DNA of 64,000 nt from Macrostomum hystrix. Taxonomy: Eukaryota > Animalia > Platyhelminthes. Under the pieces are notes generated by a model. It did not search any database. It saw only the letters and a list, made by a program, of their open reading frames with translations, and was not told the origin of the DNA. Positions 33,601 through 47,489 of the stretch are shown piece by piece (positions within the stretch are counted from its first letter, which is position 1; every line of letters begins with the position of its first letter). The stretch is from positions 6,386,001-6,450,000 of the forward strand of contig CATNEN010000003.1 of the NCBI GenBank assembly GCA_950097015.1, in the 5' to 3' direction. The translations under genes were made by a program, and so were the position numbers.

Positions 33601-35159
33601 CAAATGTTATAGAGTAAAACATAAATGTTGCAAATTATAGAGTAAATTTCTTAAAAACTATTTGTTTTTTGGTTATTTATTGGCATATCTCAATTATTTT
33701 AGTCAGTGTTTGTTGAAGTGGCCAAGCAATATAATGGCCATGCACACTACTATAATTACTATAATTGCAATTGTAATTTCTATGATTGCAATGCTATAAG
33801 CAATAACCGAAAATTTTTACAATCGGGAACTTTTTTTGTCATTCTAAAACAGCAAACTAAACAGCTTGGCATAATCTGGTATATAGTGTCTAGATTATTT
33901 CACTGGTGGCATAACTTGGTCCTGAAAAAAAATTAAAAAAATTTTCCTGCATAGTGTGATTTAGACAGACTATAGTAAGCCATTTTATTTAACTGATTTT
34001 TGTTCAGTCATTCCAACATTTCTGCAATTTTAAAGTTAATATTTTTTAGTTTCTAAACTAAATATGTTATATTAGAAAATGTATCAAACTTTTTTACTTC
34101 TAAAAGTTATTTTTAATTTCTACAGTTACACTTCATACAGAGTGTCTTTTCTGTTCTTTATCTTCAATATCACTAATTTTCCTTTTTATTTGTTGGTTAT
34201 CTTTATTATCTATTATATTATGACATTCTTTAGTTTTTTCTTCTTTAGATCTTATAGTATTACTCATAGATAATTTATAAAGTCTCTACATTATCTAACA
34301 TTAAACACTTTTTTGGCATTAGTATAATATTTTATTCATAAAGTTTGCCTCATTTTTGGCCAAAACAGATATATAGTGTTTGGATGATTGTGATTGCTAA
34401 TCAGATTTGTTTTATTTAATTCTGGCACAATCCTGTTTGTTTTAGGTTTAAAATAATATATTGTTATATCTGTCATCTAAAACTCACAAGTTAAGTCTAT
34501 CAGTTCTACGTATGCTCTTTTATAAACAATTCATATCTCCTTTACTTAGCTGTTTAAATGTTTAAGCACTTTGTAAATGGTTAAATCTGGCCTAGATTTC
34601 TTGACAAGTTGAGCTCTGGTTTGAGTATTGTTTAGAAGGCTTAAGTTCTTTGTGTGATAAGGATTTTAAGTTTTTTCAGGATCAGATTCACAACAATCCT
34701 TATAGCTTATTTTGACAGAGTGGTTAAAATCCGTAGTGCCAAAATGTTATGATGAATTAGGTATAATAAAAAACTTAGTTCTAAATTAGCTCAACAATTG
34801 TACTATTATTTAAAGCTCGGATTCAAATATCAAGTTTTAATCATTTAATGGTTGGACCAAATATAAGCTATCTAATTTGTTAGATTACATTGTCATTAAA
34901 ATGATAGACTTTATGTATACTACAAGGTAACAAGGTATTTAATTTGTATATATACAGAACATTCAGTTTTTTGTTTCAGTAACAAGATAAAATATCATTT
35001 AAGTAACTTAATCGTTGATTTCTAAATTTTTGTTTATAAAAAGTTAACTTTTTAGATTGGTAAGCTACTAGGAGAAACCTTATAAACAGGTTTGGCCATT
35101 AAGAGACAAGTCAGATATTGGTTAGTATTATCAACACAATTACAAAATTCCTTCTGCAG

Positions 35160-38100
35160 TCTTCTTTTGTGGGTAGCGACAACGATGATAGCGGCGACGC
35201 CGCCACGGCAACAGCCGCTGCTGCAACAGTTGCCATGGCAAACTCGGTGCTGAGTCCAAACTCAACAGCTGCATCGTTTCACACGGCAACCTCGCCTGGC
35301 GGCTTTGGCGAGAAATTAGCCGCCGAAGAACAGCTGGTCTACTCCGACGATGAAAATGTCGACGTCCAAGAAGGCGACAGTGGCGCAGCTGCTGACAATC
35401 TAGACATTCACGCCGACATGTCAGACGATGAATTGGCTAATTCTAGAGGCCGTGCCAAAGAGGTGGGTGATTGACACGGTTATGTACATCTTGCCTCTTT
35501 GAGCACACTTAAAATTATAATTGCGTAATTTTCATTCAGGGTAAGCCGACACGAGGCGAAAAACGGTCATCGACTGCTGGCAAATCAGCTGCGGCTGGTA
35601 CTGCGGCGTCAGCTAACGCTGCCCGTAGCAGCGGCAGCGCTAATCGTCGCGGTTCTGCCGAGGCTGGAGTTCCATCCACTGGCGATGATGACGATGGTGA
35701 ACCGCCTGCTAAGAAGGCTGACACTGTTGCTGGTGAGTGCCAGAAATATGTTACTAGCATGGACCTTGGACCTACTTTATTCGCTGTTTCTCTATACAGT
35801 CATGTAAATTCACTACATCTCTACCCCTTTAATAATGTTGATCTACATTAAGCTCATCGCTGCCCTTTGATAATGTACATTCATTTTTTAATCTCTACCC
35901 CTTGATGATGTACATACACTGAATCTCTAACCCTTAGTGATGTACATTAATCTCATAGCTACCCCTTGATGTACATTCATCTCATCGGTAACCCTTAATT
36001 ATGTACATTTGCTTAATTTCTATCCCTTAATGATGCGCACTCGCCTTATCTCTCCGCGTAGATAACATAGCTCCTGACTTTCTCACCAACACAGAGACAA
36101 AGCCGCGCAAACCGAGACAGCGCAGAGCAGCTTGGGGCCTAAAAAAGTCAAATCAGAAGCAACAAACGAATGGCACTGCTGCTTCAACTGTTGGCACTGC
36201 TTCAGCTCTACCCCTGCCGCTGATCACAACGAAAGTTTTGGATGTAAGAATTGCTTCGAGGAAATAGTGCTTTTGTTTTATTTCTCTATTTAACCTCTTT
36301 ATTTAACCTTCTCTATTTATCCTCGATTTGTTTCAGAAACTGCTTCCAGATTGTCGCGCCGAGCTCAAAGCTCGCCTGAAGCTTCGTCGATCGTCCAGCA
36401 TCGCCGGCTCGGACAGCGGGGCCGTGGCAGCCAATGGCGAGTCGAAAACTGATCGCTTAGCGACCGGTCACGGCGAGGAAAATAATGGCGATATGGAGGA
36501 GGGCGAAGTCTACGATACTCATCAGCAGCAGCTGGAGCTTCAGAGGCGTCACCGTAGGGAAGCTTCTAGATCACCCTCGCAGAAGCGTCAAGTAATTCGA
36601 CGAACGAAAGTGGTTGATTATCAGGTTGACGAGCCAATTAGAGTTGGTTCGGCTAGGTCCGCTGAGAATAAAGAATCGCAGGTGAGAACAGATTTGGAAT
36701 TATCGAACTGTCAGTCAAGTTTCCTGGGGTTTTCAAGCCGTCAGTCTAGGTTTTAAGGTAGTCAAACTGTCAGTCTTTGTATTGGGGTTGTCAAACTGTC
36801 AGCCTATGTATTGGGGTTGTCTAACTGTCAGTCTTTGTATTGGGGTTGTCAAACTGTCAGTCTTTGTATTGGGGTTGTCAAACTGTCAGTCTTTGTATTG
36901 GGGTTGTCAAACTGTCAGTCTTTGTATTGGGGTTGTCAAACTGTCAGTCTTTGTATTGGGGTTGTCAAACTGTCAGTCTTTGTATTGGAGTTGTCAAACT
37001 GTCAGCCTATGTATTGGGGTTGTCTAACTGTCAGTCAAGTTTCTTGAGTATGGGTTGTCAAACTGTCAGTCAAGTTTCCTGGGGTTGTCAAGCCGTCAGT
37101 CTAGGTTTTAAGGTTGTCAAACTGTCAGTCTATGTATTGGGGTTGTCAAACTGTCAGTCTTTGTATTGGGGTTGTCAAACTGTCAGTCTTTGTATTGGGG
37201 TTGTCAATCTGTCAGTCTTTGTATTGGGGTTGTCAAACTGTCAGTCAAGTTTCTTGAGTATGGGTTGTCAAACTGTCAGTCAAGTTTCCTGGGGTCGTCA
37301 AGCCGTCAGTCTAGGTTTTAAGGTTGTCAAACTGTCAGTCAAAGTTTTAGGCGTTTTCCAAAATGTTAACATTATTATACCCTATTATTATAATTAGACA
37401 GCAGTTTTTGTTACAAAATTACACATACTACTTCTAGTGCCTAGTATTAAGTAGTGTGGCGTCTTAAGTTTAATTTGCAAACTAAATTTCTTTTAGATTC
37501 TCAAAGTGACAGGCTTAGTGCGGCCATTCACTCTGCAACAGCTGCGAGAACTGCTCAGTAGATTTGGTCAATTAAAGCAGTCGTCTTCCAAACAGGCGGA
37601 GCCAACAGCCGCCGATGCCGAAGCTGTTGACGACAACGATTCGGTGGAAAAGAAGAAAGTTGAGTCTGCAACTGACAATCCAGATCCCATCTGGCTAGAC
37701 CGGATCAAGACCCGCTGCTACGCCGAGTTTGATTCTATTGAGGAAGCTAAAAAGGTTCGCATCGCATTGGATAATTGTCGCTGGCCTAGGCACAATGCCG
37801 ACCCGCTGACTGTTGAATTCGCTAGCAAATTAGAGTTGGACTGGGCTAGGCAGCATGGCAACTCTGAAAAGCCTGTGCCTAAGCGACTATTGTTGGCTTC
37901 TAGACTAGGGGAAGACGCTCTTAGCGATGCCGAAGCTGCCGCTGCGGACGACGAAATTGTCGAGATTGAGGACAGCAGCGAAGACGAGCGTCAGGCTAGA
38001 CGGCCGGCTAGTGACGACGGTGACTCAGCTAAAGACGGTCACAAGAATCGGCACCAGACGAAAAGGAAGTCGCCCAGAATGAAGAAAGAAGATTTCGCCA

Positions 38101-41100
38101 CCAATGCCGAGAGTAAGCAGTGTACTGTTTGTTTGGTCAATTGAAATAGGATTTCTTGTGAAGGCTTGCTCTACTGGCATTCTTCTGTTAGTGGGATATT
38201 TTCCTCTTTAAGACAACTCTGTTTGATATGGGATTTCTCTGTTGGTATGGGGTTTCTCTGTTGGTAGGGGGTTTCTCTGTTGCTATGATGTTTCTCTGTT
38301 GCTATGGGGTTTTTCTGTTGCTATGGAATTCTCTGTTGCTAAGGAATTCTCTGTTGCTATGGGGTTTTTCTGTTGCTATGGAATTCTCTGTTGCTAAGGA
38401 ATTCTCTGTTGCTATGCAGTTTCTCTTCTCTGTTGCTATGGGGTTTCTCTGTTGCTATGAGATTTCTCTGTTGCTATGGGATTTCTCGTCTGCTTTGTAA
38501 CTTCTCTGTTGCTTTGTGATTTCTCTGTTGCTTTGAGGTTTTTCAGTGGCTGTGGGATTTCTCTGTTGCTATTGGATTTCCTGTCATGGATTTCTCTTTA
38601 GGAAATATTTTTAGGTGGTTTGTTATTCTCTACCTTCGTAAATGCTACTAATAGTAATAGAATTAAAATTTTATGAAATTTAGAGTGAAATATTGAGATT
38701 GTAAATCCTATCGATATTCTAAGATTAGTTTTTTCCATAATTCGTAGAAGATCCAGAGCCCGGTACCCTATTGGACCAGCTGTTTCGCAAGACCTGTACA
38801 ACACCATTCATCTATTGGATGCCGCTCAATGATGAACAGGTAAGTTCATTAATTTTAAAACATGTTATGTATTTTTTACACTCTAGTAGTGCACATAAAA
38901 TAGTCGGCCCTTTTTATCTAATCATATTTCAATAAGGTTTATCGAACTTCTGCACCGTTAATAAATGTTTCTATATTAAGTCTGTTATAATCACGTGCTT
39001 AGCGTGTAAATTAAAAAATTTTAGGCTCGGAAATATATTCATTTGTTTGTCAGTCATAATTTTACACTATTGTCATTTAAGCGTTGTTGTTTTGTTGCCA
39101 TAGTGACTAGAAGGAAATGCCTCGCACAGTATTGCGTGTGCAGCTATTTTTAGCATCCAGGCCGAATTCATTTTAAACGGCGGGTTTTATGTTTGTCAGC
39201 TGATATTTATAAAAGTACATCGAACGTACGACAATGGCTAATAATCAACACGCTACTTATGTTCTTTATTGGGCAAAATATTGCAGACGTATAGTGTTCG
39301 TAGTTTTTGTTTTTTAGTCTGGGTGAAAAAAAAAATAGCTTTTTTTACTAACACGCAGACCTTGCATGACTGGAAAAAGGGGACTTTAGGAGCAGCCAGC
39401 TCGAAGAAGCATTTCATATCGCTATGCAGCAATTTTTTCATTTTTATCTTTAACTTCTTATCCTATTGTTTTTTGTAGATACTTATGCCCTGGATTGCGC
39501 AAAATGGGCAGAGGTTATGACTACTGCGTTAGTCTACTGTTTTTTATGAGCTAAAATTAGACTAAAATAAATATCCAGACACCCCGTGTATTTCTTTTGC
39601 ATTTTTGCATCTCTTAATTTGCAATTTACTTTATATCGGGTCATTGAGTATGAGTCATTAAATAATTATATCAATGTATTACTTGTATAAAACTATACTT
39701 AAATGCCTAGATTTCTCTGAGCTATGTGATGCAGAACGCATGGGACATATACTGACATTTGTAGTGTTAGTCACACTGATATTCTTAAGTTAGGGCGGGC
39801 CTCGATTTTACTGCGTCAGGTACTAAAAATAAAGTGTCACAGATTTGTTTCATATTTTAAGACGTGAAATTAATTCACTAATGTGATTTAAATGTTGGGT
39901 TGTGAAAAAGGTAGAGGATATTGAAGTTTTATCGTCGTTATTTTCAATAGGGATTCAGAATTTCGGAATTTCAGTCCGGTTTTTTTGGCTTTGGATCTAC
40001 TCTAGAAGTTTTGGGAAATAAAGTCACTTTTTGGAGGTGATTATAAAGTTTTCGAAACTTGTTCCATTGTTTTGGGGAGTTGATTGGTGTAAATATTCGG
40101 AAATTGAGTCTGTTTTCGGGAGGAAATCGGTAAATTTTCGGAAATTGAGTCTGTTTTCGGAGAAAATCGGTAAATTTTCGGAAAAATTGAGTGTTTTCGG
40201 TAAAAATTGGTAAATTTTCGGAAAATTGAGTCTGTTTTCGGAGGAAATCGGTAATTTTTCGGAAATTGAGTCTGTTTTCGGAGAGAATTTGTGAAATTTC
40301 GAAAATTGAAGCTGTTTTCAGGAGAGAATTTGTGAAATTTCGGAAATTGAGTCTGTTTTCGGGAGGAAATCGGTAAATTTTCGAAAAGTTGAGTCTGTAT
40401 TCAGGAGAGAATTTATGAAATTTCGGAAATTGAGTCTGTTTTCGGGAGGAAATCGGTAAATTTTCGAAAAGTTGAGTCTGTATTCAGGAGAGAATTTATG
40501 AAATTTCGGAAATTGAGTCTTTTTTTGAGAGGAAATCGGTAATTTTCAGAAAAATTGAGTCTGTTTTCGGAGAAAATTGGTAAATTTTCGGAAATTGAGT
40601 CTGTTTTCAGGAGAGAATATGTGAAATTTCGGAAATTGAGTCTGTTTTCGGGAGGAAATCGGTAAATTTTCGGAAAAATTGAGTCTGTTTTCGGAGAAAA
40701 ATGGTAAATTTTCGGAAATTGAGTCTGTTTTCGGGAGGAAATCGGTAAATTTTCGAAAAGTTGAGTCTGTATTCAGGAGAGAATTTATGAAATTTCGGAA
40801 ATTGAGTCTTTTTTTGAGAGGAAATCGGTAATTTTCAGAAAAATTGAGTCTGTTTTCGGAGAAAATTGGTAAATTTTCGGAAATTGAGTCTGTTTTCAGG
40901 AGAGAATATGTGAAATTTCGGAAATTGAGTCTGTTTTCGGGAGGAAATCGGTAAATTTTCGGAAAAATTGAGTCTGTTTTCGGAGAAAAATGGTAAATTT
41001 TCGGAAATTGAGTCTGTTTTCGGGAGGAAATCGGTAAATTTTCAAAAAAATTGATTCTGTTTTCGTAGAAAATTGGTGAATTTTTCGGAAATTGAGTCCG

Positions 41101-41751
41101 TTTTCGGGGAGAATTAGTGAAATTTCGGAAATTGAGTCTGTTTTCAGGAGACAATTTGTGAAATTTCGGAAATTGAGTCTGTTTTCGGGAGGGAATCGGT
41201 AAATTTTCGGAAATTGAGTCTGTTTTCAGGAGAGAGTTTGTGAAATTTCGGAAATTTAGTCTGCTTTCGGGAGGGAATCGGTTAATTTCCGGAAATTGAG
41301 TCTGTTTTCAGGAGAGAGTTTTTTTCTGAATTTTGGAAATTTAGTCATCGCTTTCGGAAAAGGGATTACAAGGTTTTTGGAAATCGAAATTCAATTTTTC
41401 GGTAAGCAATTCCATAGTTTTCGGAAATTTATTCGTCATATTTCGAAGTTGTTAAATTTTGAGAAAATGTTCCATGAAATTTAGATTTTATGTAAAATAC
41501 TTTCGTCCTCTCATCAATATTCGGTCTCTTCCATCTTCCCCCAGGTGAAGGTTCGCGACGAGAAACGTCAATCAGCAAACGCATCAGCTACTGCTAAAGC
41601 GCGCGACTCAACGGGCGATAAGCCTCGCTACACCAGACTCAATCTGTCTAACAGCGGCGGCGGCGGCGGAGGCGGCGGCGGCATTCGGCGTCGAAGCCGA
41701 AGTCGCAGTCGCGGCGTCGATCGGGACAGGGACAGGGGCGGTCGGCGATGA
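35160..41751 (+). CDS. ACIN1: Acinus (ASAP/EJC-associated splicing factor) homologue; exons 35160/35235-35462, 35540-35732, 36095-36243, 36337-36681, 37497-38112, 38748-38839, 41545-41751
   Basis: RRM-like VTGLVRPFTLQQLRELL..IWLDRIKTRCY..RWP..L.VEFA. RSB motif LLDQLFRKT..PFIYWMPL. RRAAWG and ITTKVLDKLLPD motifs, RS/RD-rich tail. All splice phases are compatible. The 5' start is uncertain. Confidence 0.9.
36712..37342. repeat. 29-bp intronic minisatellite (gtattggggttgtcaaactgtcagtcttt)
   Basis: Tandem units in an Acinus intron. Confidence 0.92.
38225..38600. repeat. ~18-20-bp intronic minisatellite (tttctctgttgctatggg)
   Basis: Tandem degenerate units. Confidence 0.85.
40090..41335. repeat. 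~41-bp intronic minisatellite (ggaaattgagtctgttttcgggaggaaatcggtaaattttc) with higher-order duplication
   Basis: About 30 units in the last Acinus intron. Confidence 0.92.
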
Positions 41752-43446
41752 CTGGAATGTAGTGAAACGAAGGTTAATTAATCTACGCTTTTCTCGCTGA
41801 CTATAAGGGACTGCGGTATAATGTATGATTTATGGACTAATGAAAGTTAATGAAAGCTAATTATAAGTACCTGAAGAAAATATGGTGTAGCCCATTAGTT
41901 TCTTAGAATCATACTTAGATCACATTATTATATTATAGTCTGCCAGTCCTGTTCAGTATCCAGTCTGGCAGCTTTTGGATACGGAATGTTTGTTTATTAA
42001 TAAAAATTATTCACCTGTCAAATAACTAATTTTTGTCCTCTTTCAGCGTCTTGTGTTTCATCTGTTTTCAAATACCATCTCGTACAAAACAAGACAAAAG
42101 ACGAAAAACTATTAAAAAGCTATGTAATATCCATTTGAATAATCATCCGGTTATTAAACTATTCTTGCATGTTTGTTGCTTTTGGTATGTAAACTTATAA
42201 TTCTGTCAGTTTTATAATTATTAATATTGATGTTATCATTTTAATCTTTCTCTTTGTTTGTGTACTATTGTGAAATTTAGTTTTACTGTTGTACTTTAGG
42301 GTTTGAATGGAAAATAGTTGGTGTAATCAGCTACCATGAAATTCACAATAGAACATGCTTTACGAGTAATTATTTTCAATTCAATCTGTGGTACTTATTT
42401 TGTCTGTCTCTCAATATTTTAGGTATAAGATGTTGTTAATTGAAATTAAAAAAATTGCACTCCTAAAAATTGCCTCAAAATGGGAAAAACCCTCGCAAAC
42501 TTCATATTTGTACCAAAATTTAATAATAATTTAATTGTTAAATTATGGCCTATTAAATTATTGAACCCCCGAAATAAAAAGTGCAAGCTTGGTGGCTTTG
42601 CGCAACACTTGATTGCCATTGCCGTTTGTTGACATATTTCATTTAAAACCATGTTACCCTTTTTTAACTTATTTGTTATCTTTAATTCTAAGATATATTT
42701 TACATGCAGAATAGAAGCTTAGATAGGAAATTGCTGTGTTCATTTTGTAGTTCTGTCATATTTCTTATTAGGTACTTTCTTTGGTCAATGTGCGTAAAAC
42801 TACCTTATAATAGGCGCGTCCTTATTTCTCTCTGCACTAGTTATTCGCTAACATAAGTCACGCCCTGACTTGTACAGCCCTTTTCTCATTTCTGTCCTCA
42901 AGGTCATTTATGCTATCTTAGTCTACGCTTGTCGATAATGTACAGTAGGCTGATGTACATTCGTTCTCTCCCGCGCGTGCCATCTGGGGTCGCCCCATAA
43001 CCCACCCCACCACCCCTAGCACTTTATGTTAGCCAGCGGAGACTGCGAATAAAAACGTTGAAACCCTTCCGCGGTCAAACCGCGGGAATTCCACTGTCTT
43101 GTAGAGCCTTGTCTTGGGGTTGGTTCCAGTGTACATTAGGCGGCTGCGTGTCTGTCTGCTTAAATAGACTTTTAGTTACAAATTTTACAAAGCAAGCATT
43201 ATTTATACAGATAGCTTAACAAAGGATTAAATAGAAAATCAATATTATTCTAGAGTCGATATTAAAGAATTATTTGTTAATTGATATTGTTGAAATTCTT
43301 CTCAAATTGCAGCCACTCTGACCCCAAAACACTGGCGATTTGGTGGACTTCGTCTCCGCTTTAGGGGCCGAAATAACTCTAATTAGACTAAATTTTTCTT
43401 CTCTTATTGAACTGAATACAACAAATAAAGAAAGTCAATCACAGCA

Positions 43447-46400
43447 ATGGCAGATTGGCAAGCGTCACTGCTGGATCGGAATGGCTCAAGGTAAGGCCTT
43501 GTAATTATCCTGTACGTACTATACTGTATTTTAACTAATTATACAACTGCTTTTAATGTTCTCAGTGCGATGGTATCTGACGATGTGACGGCAACGAACC
43601 TTGTGAATGCCAACATGCAGGAATGTCTGGCCCGAGCCAATACGGACGGTAGACTCGTGGCCGGCTTCAAATCCGTTGTGGAAACGCTCGAAAAAAAGTA
43701 ATTATTAACTGCCCGGACACTGTTTAAGTTCTTGTCTGTCAGTCTACTGTTTTCTTGTCTGTCAGTCTACTGTTTTCCTGTCTTTAAGTCTACTGTTTTC
43801 CTGTCTGTCAGTCTACTGTTTTCCTGTCTGTCAGTCTACTGTTTTCCTGTCTGTCAGTCTACTGTTTTCCTGTCTGTCAGTCTACTGTTTTCTTGTCTGT
43901 CAGTCTACTGTTTTCCTGTCTGTCAGTCTACTGTTTTCTTGTCTGTCAGTCTACTGTTTTCCTGTCTGTCAGTCTACTGTTTTCCTGTCTGTCAGTCTAC
44001 TGTTTTCCTGTCTGTCAGTCTACTGTTTTCCTGTCTGTCAGTCTACTGTTTTCCTGTCTGTCAGTCTACTGTTTTCCTGTCTGTCAGTCTACTGTTTTCC
44101 TGTCTGTCAGTCTACTGTTTTCCTGTCTGTCAGTCTACTGTTTTCTTGTCTGTCTTTGTCTGTCTGTCTGTGTCTGTCTGTCTTTTGTTTTCGTGTCTGT
44201 CTGTATTTCTGTCGTTTGCTGATCTAGAATTTTAGAAAGTTAAGTTTATTACAATAACTTAACTTTATCCTTTATCCTATTAACTTATTCATTTTTCACC
44301 TAGACTTTTTACCTAAAGTTAAACTTTTTCTCACGAATTTATATTTTTCCGTGTCTCCAACCCAACCCGCAGTTCAGATCACTGTCTATTCTGTGTACTA
44401 CCGGAGAATCTCTGGAGTGATAAAAATCGAGTAGGCTTGTTCAGCTGTGTCATGTCTCTCTGCCATCAGCACAATGTCAAAATGATTAAGGTTAGTAGTT
44501 TTCGTTTTTTAATTATTAATCATGTAACAAAAACAAATTTGGTTGTTTTTAGCTTCCACAACAAAAAGATTACATTCATTATTCAAACCGTTTCAAATCA
44601 ATAACAGGTTTCTTAGAATTATAAGTGTCAGGCTTCCTAGAATTAAAAGTATCAGGTTTCTTAGAATTATAAGTGTCAGGTTTCTTAGAATCATAAGTGT
44701 CAGGCTTCTTAGAATTAAAAGTATCAGGTTTCTTAGAATTATAAGTGTCAGGCTTCTTCGAATTAAAAGTATCAGGTTTCTTAGAATTATAAGTGTCAGG
44801 CTTCTTAGAATTATGTGTCAGGTTTCTTAGAATTATAAAGTGTCAGGCTTCTTAGAATTATAAAAGTGTCAGGCTTCTTAGAATTATAAAAGTGTCAGGC
44901 TTCTTAGAATTATAAAAGTGTCAGGCTTCTTAGAATTATAAAAGCGTCAGGCTTCTTAGAATTATAAAAGTGTCAGGTTTCTTAGAATTATAAAAGTTTC
45001 ATGCTTCTTAGAATTATAAAAGTGTCAGGCTTCTTAGAATTATAAAAGCGTCAGTTTTCTTAGAATTATAAATTTTCATGCTTCTTAGAATTATAAAAGC
45101 GTCAGTTTCCTTAGAATTATAAAAGTGTCAGGCTTCTTAGAATTATTAAAGTGTCAGGCTTCTTATATTCAGAGAAGTTACAGGTTTCTTAGAATCAGAA
45201 CTGTGTCAGGTATCCTGGAATCAGAGCAGTTACAGGTTTCCTAGAATCAGAAATGTGTCATGTTTCTTAGAATCAGATCAGTTACAGGTTTCTTAGAACC
45301 AGATCAGTTACAGGTTTCTTAGAATCAGAGCAGTTACAGGTTTCTTAGAATCAGAGCAGTTACATGTTTCTTAGAATCAGAGCAGTTACAGGTTTCTTAA
45401 AATCAGAGCAGTTACATGTTTCTTAGAACCAGATCAGTTACAGGTTTCTTAGAATCAGATCAGTTACATGTTTCTTAGAACCAGATCAGTTACATGTTTC
45501 TTAGAACCAGATCAGTTACAGGTTTCTTAGAACCAGATCAGTTACAGGTTTCTTAGAATCAGATCAGTTACAGGTTTCTTAGAATCAGAGCAGTTACAGG
45601 TTTCTTAGAATCAGAGCAGTTACAGGTTTCTTAGAATCAGATCAGTTACAGGTTTCTTAGAATCAGAGCAGTTACAGGTTTCTTAGAATCAGATCAGTTA
45701 CAGGTTTCTTAGAATCAGAGCAGTTACAGGTTTCTTAGAATCAGAGCAGTTACATGTTTCTTAGAACCAGATCAGTTACAGGTTTTTTAGAATCAGAGCA
45801 GTTACAGGTTTCTTAGAATCAGATCAGTTACAGGTTTCTTAGAATCTGATAATATTTTCTAAAAGCAGACTTGTAGATATGTTAAAAGTAAATATAAAAT
45901 GGTTGCTGGGTTATATTCTGAGTGCGTAACTAAATTACGAAGGAATTTCCACTGTCTGCTGTTTAAGATTAACAAAATGGCAAACCGTATGGAGTTATTT
46001 TCTGTCCCTTTCTATCTCTCTGTCTTTCTCATTCTATACCGGACTATATAAAATTGTACTGTGTAAGTGAATACCCGCTAGAAGACAGAAGATATGCTCT
46101 GCGTGGGTGGGTGGGTGTTCTTGTGGGCCAGCCATTGCTTTAAACTGTTATTCGACAGCTTGAAGTATGTCTTCCATTTTCATCCGCAAGGTTTCAAATT
46201 GAGTGTGTGTGAACGATAACATGGAACTAAATGTTTTATATGGGTAGCGACTAGCGGCAGACACTGATGACTTAATAATGCAAATAGGGTTATACTAGTA
46301 GATTTAGACCGTTGATGAGAGAAGTAGACTGATTTATGAGATAAGTACGAGTATATTAATTTTTGAGAGAGATTTTTTGAGAAGTAGACTGGATGAGAGA

Positions 46401-47265
46401 AGTAGACTGATGGATGATAGAAGTAGACTGATGGATGATAGAAGTAGACTGATGGATGAGAGAAGTAGACTGATGGATGATAGAAGTAGACTGATAGATG
46501 ATAGAAGTAGACTAATTGATGATAGAAGTAGACTGATGGATGATAGAAGTAGACTGATGGATGAGAGAAGTAGACTGATGGATGAGAGAAGTAGACTGAT
46601 AGATGACAGAAGTAGACTAATTGATGATAGAAGTAGACTGATGGATGAGAGAAGTAGACTGGTGGATGAGAGAAGTAGACTAATTGATGATTGAAGTAGA
46701 TTGGTGGATGAGAGAAGTAGACGGATGGATGAGAGAAGTAGACTGATGGATGATTGAAGTAGACTAATTGATGATTGAAGTAGACTGATGAATGAGAGAA
46801 GTAGACTGATGGATGATAGAAGTAGACTGATAGATGATAGAAGTAGACTAATTGATGATAGAAGTAGACTGATGGATGATAGAAGTAGACTGATGGATGA
46901 GAGAAGTAGACTGATAGATGAGAGAAGTAGGCTGATGGATGAGAGAAGTAGACTGGTGGATGAGAGAAGTAGACTGGTGGATGAGAGAAGTAGACTGATT
47001 AATGAAAGAAGTAGACTTTACCTGACACCCTTCTCTTCCCGTTGCCAACCAGGTTGACGACGATCAGCTGGTTAGGAAAATTATCGATCGGACCTCCGGC
47101 GGTTCCAGCAGTACTTCCCACCTGTCCTACGAGTGCATGCTGATCATGCAGCCTAACAATAGACAGCCAATATTGCCATGCGATGAGCAAATGCTTCGCT
47201 ATCACAGTAGATTTCCAGGAAACGATTTCTCAAATTTGCCTCTAGTTCGGCTGTCAGAGTTCTGA
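43447..47265 (+). CDS. GADD45: GADD45-family protein (L7Ae/L30e/S12e/Gadd45 fold), 168 aa; exons 43447-43490, 43566-43697, 44373-44490, 47053-47265
   Basis: Hand splice gives 507 nt in frame: ..MQECLARANTDGRLVAGFKSVVETLEKNSDHCLFCVLP..SLCHQHNVKMIKVDDDQLVRKII..YECMLIMQP..LPLVRLSEF. This follows the recalled GADD45 pattern (ITVGV..DPDNVVLCLL..AFCCENDINILRV..LHCVLVTNP..VPVINLPE). Confidence 0.82.
43730..44155. repeat. 23-bp minisatellite (ctgtcagtctactgttttcctgt) in GADD45 intron 2
   Basis: About 18 tandem units. Confidence 0.95.
44605..45846. repeat. Compound 24-26-bp minisatellite with constant TTCTTAGAA core in GADD45 intron 3
   Basis: Sub-array 1 is gtgtcaggcttcttagaattataaaa, sub-array 2 is cagttacaggtttcttagaatcagag. 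Confidence 0.95.
46312..47018. repeat. 21-bp minisatellite (gatgagagaagtagactgatg) in GADD45 intron 3
   Basis: About 30 tandem units ending just before the acceptor at 47052. Confidence 0.95.
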
Positions 47266-47489
47266 CATTTTTTTGTTTATTTGTTATTGTAATTGTGTGG
47301 TTTTCTTAATGGTCTATATAGTCGAATTGTAATGATTTTATTCTCGATTTTTTCTAGGTGAAATTTGTTAGCAATGTCACTGTATTGTTTAGTTTCAATT
47401 TCCATCAGATGGCGTTGTACTTGACAGGGCAGTGCGCCTTAAGACCTGTATTCATTTGTCATTTTCTCGGGGCTGATTTGAATGCTTTA

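Noticed and set aside
46377-47057. RSRLMDE-repeat protein ORFs
   Set aside because: 21-bp intronic minisatellite of GADD45 with sporadic stops.
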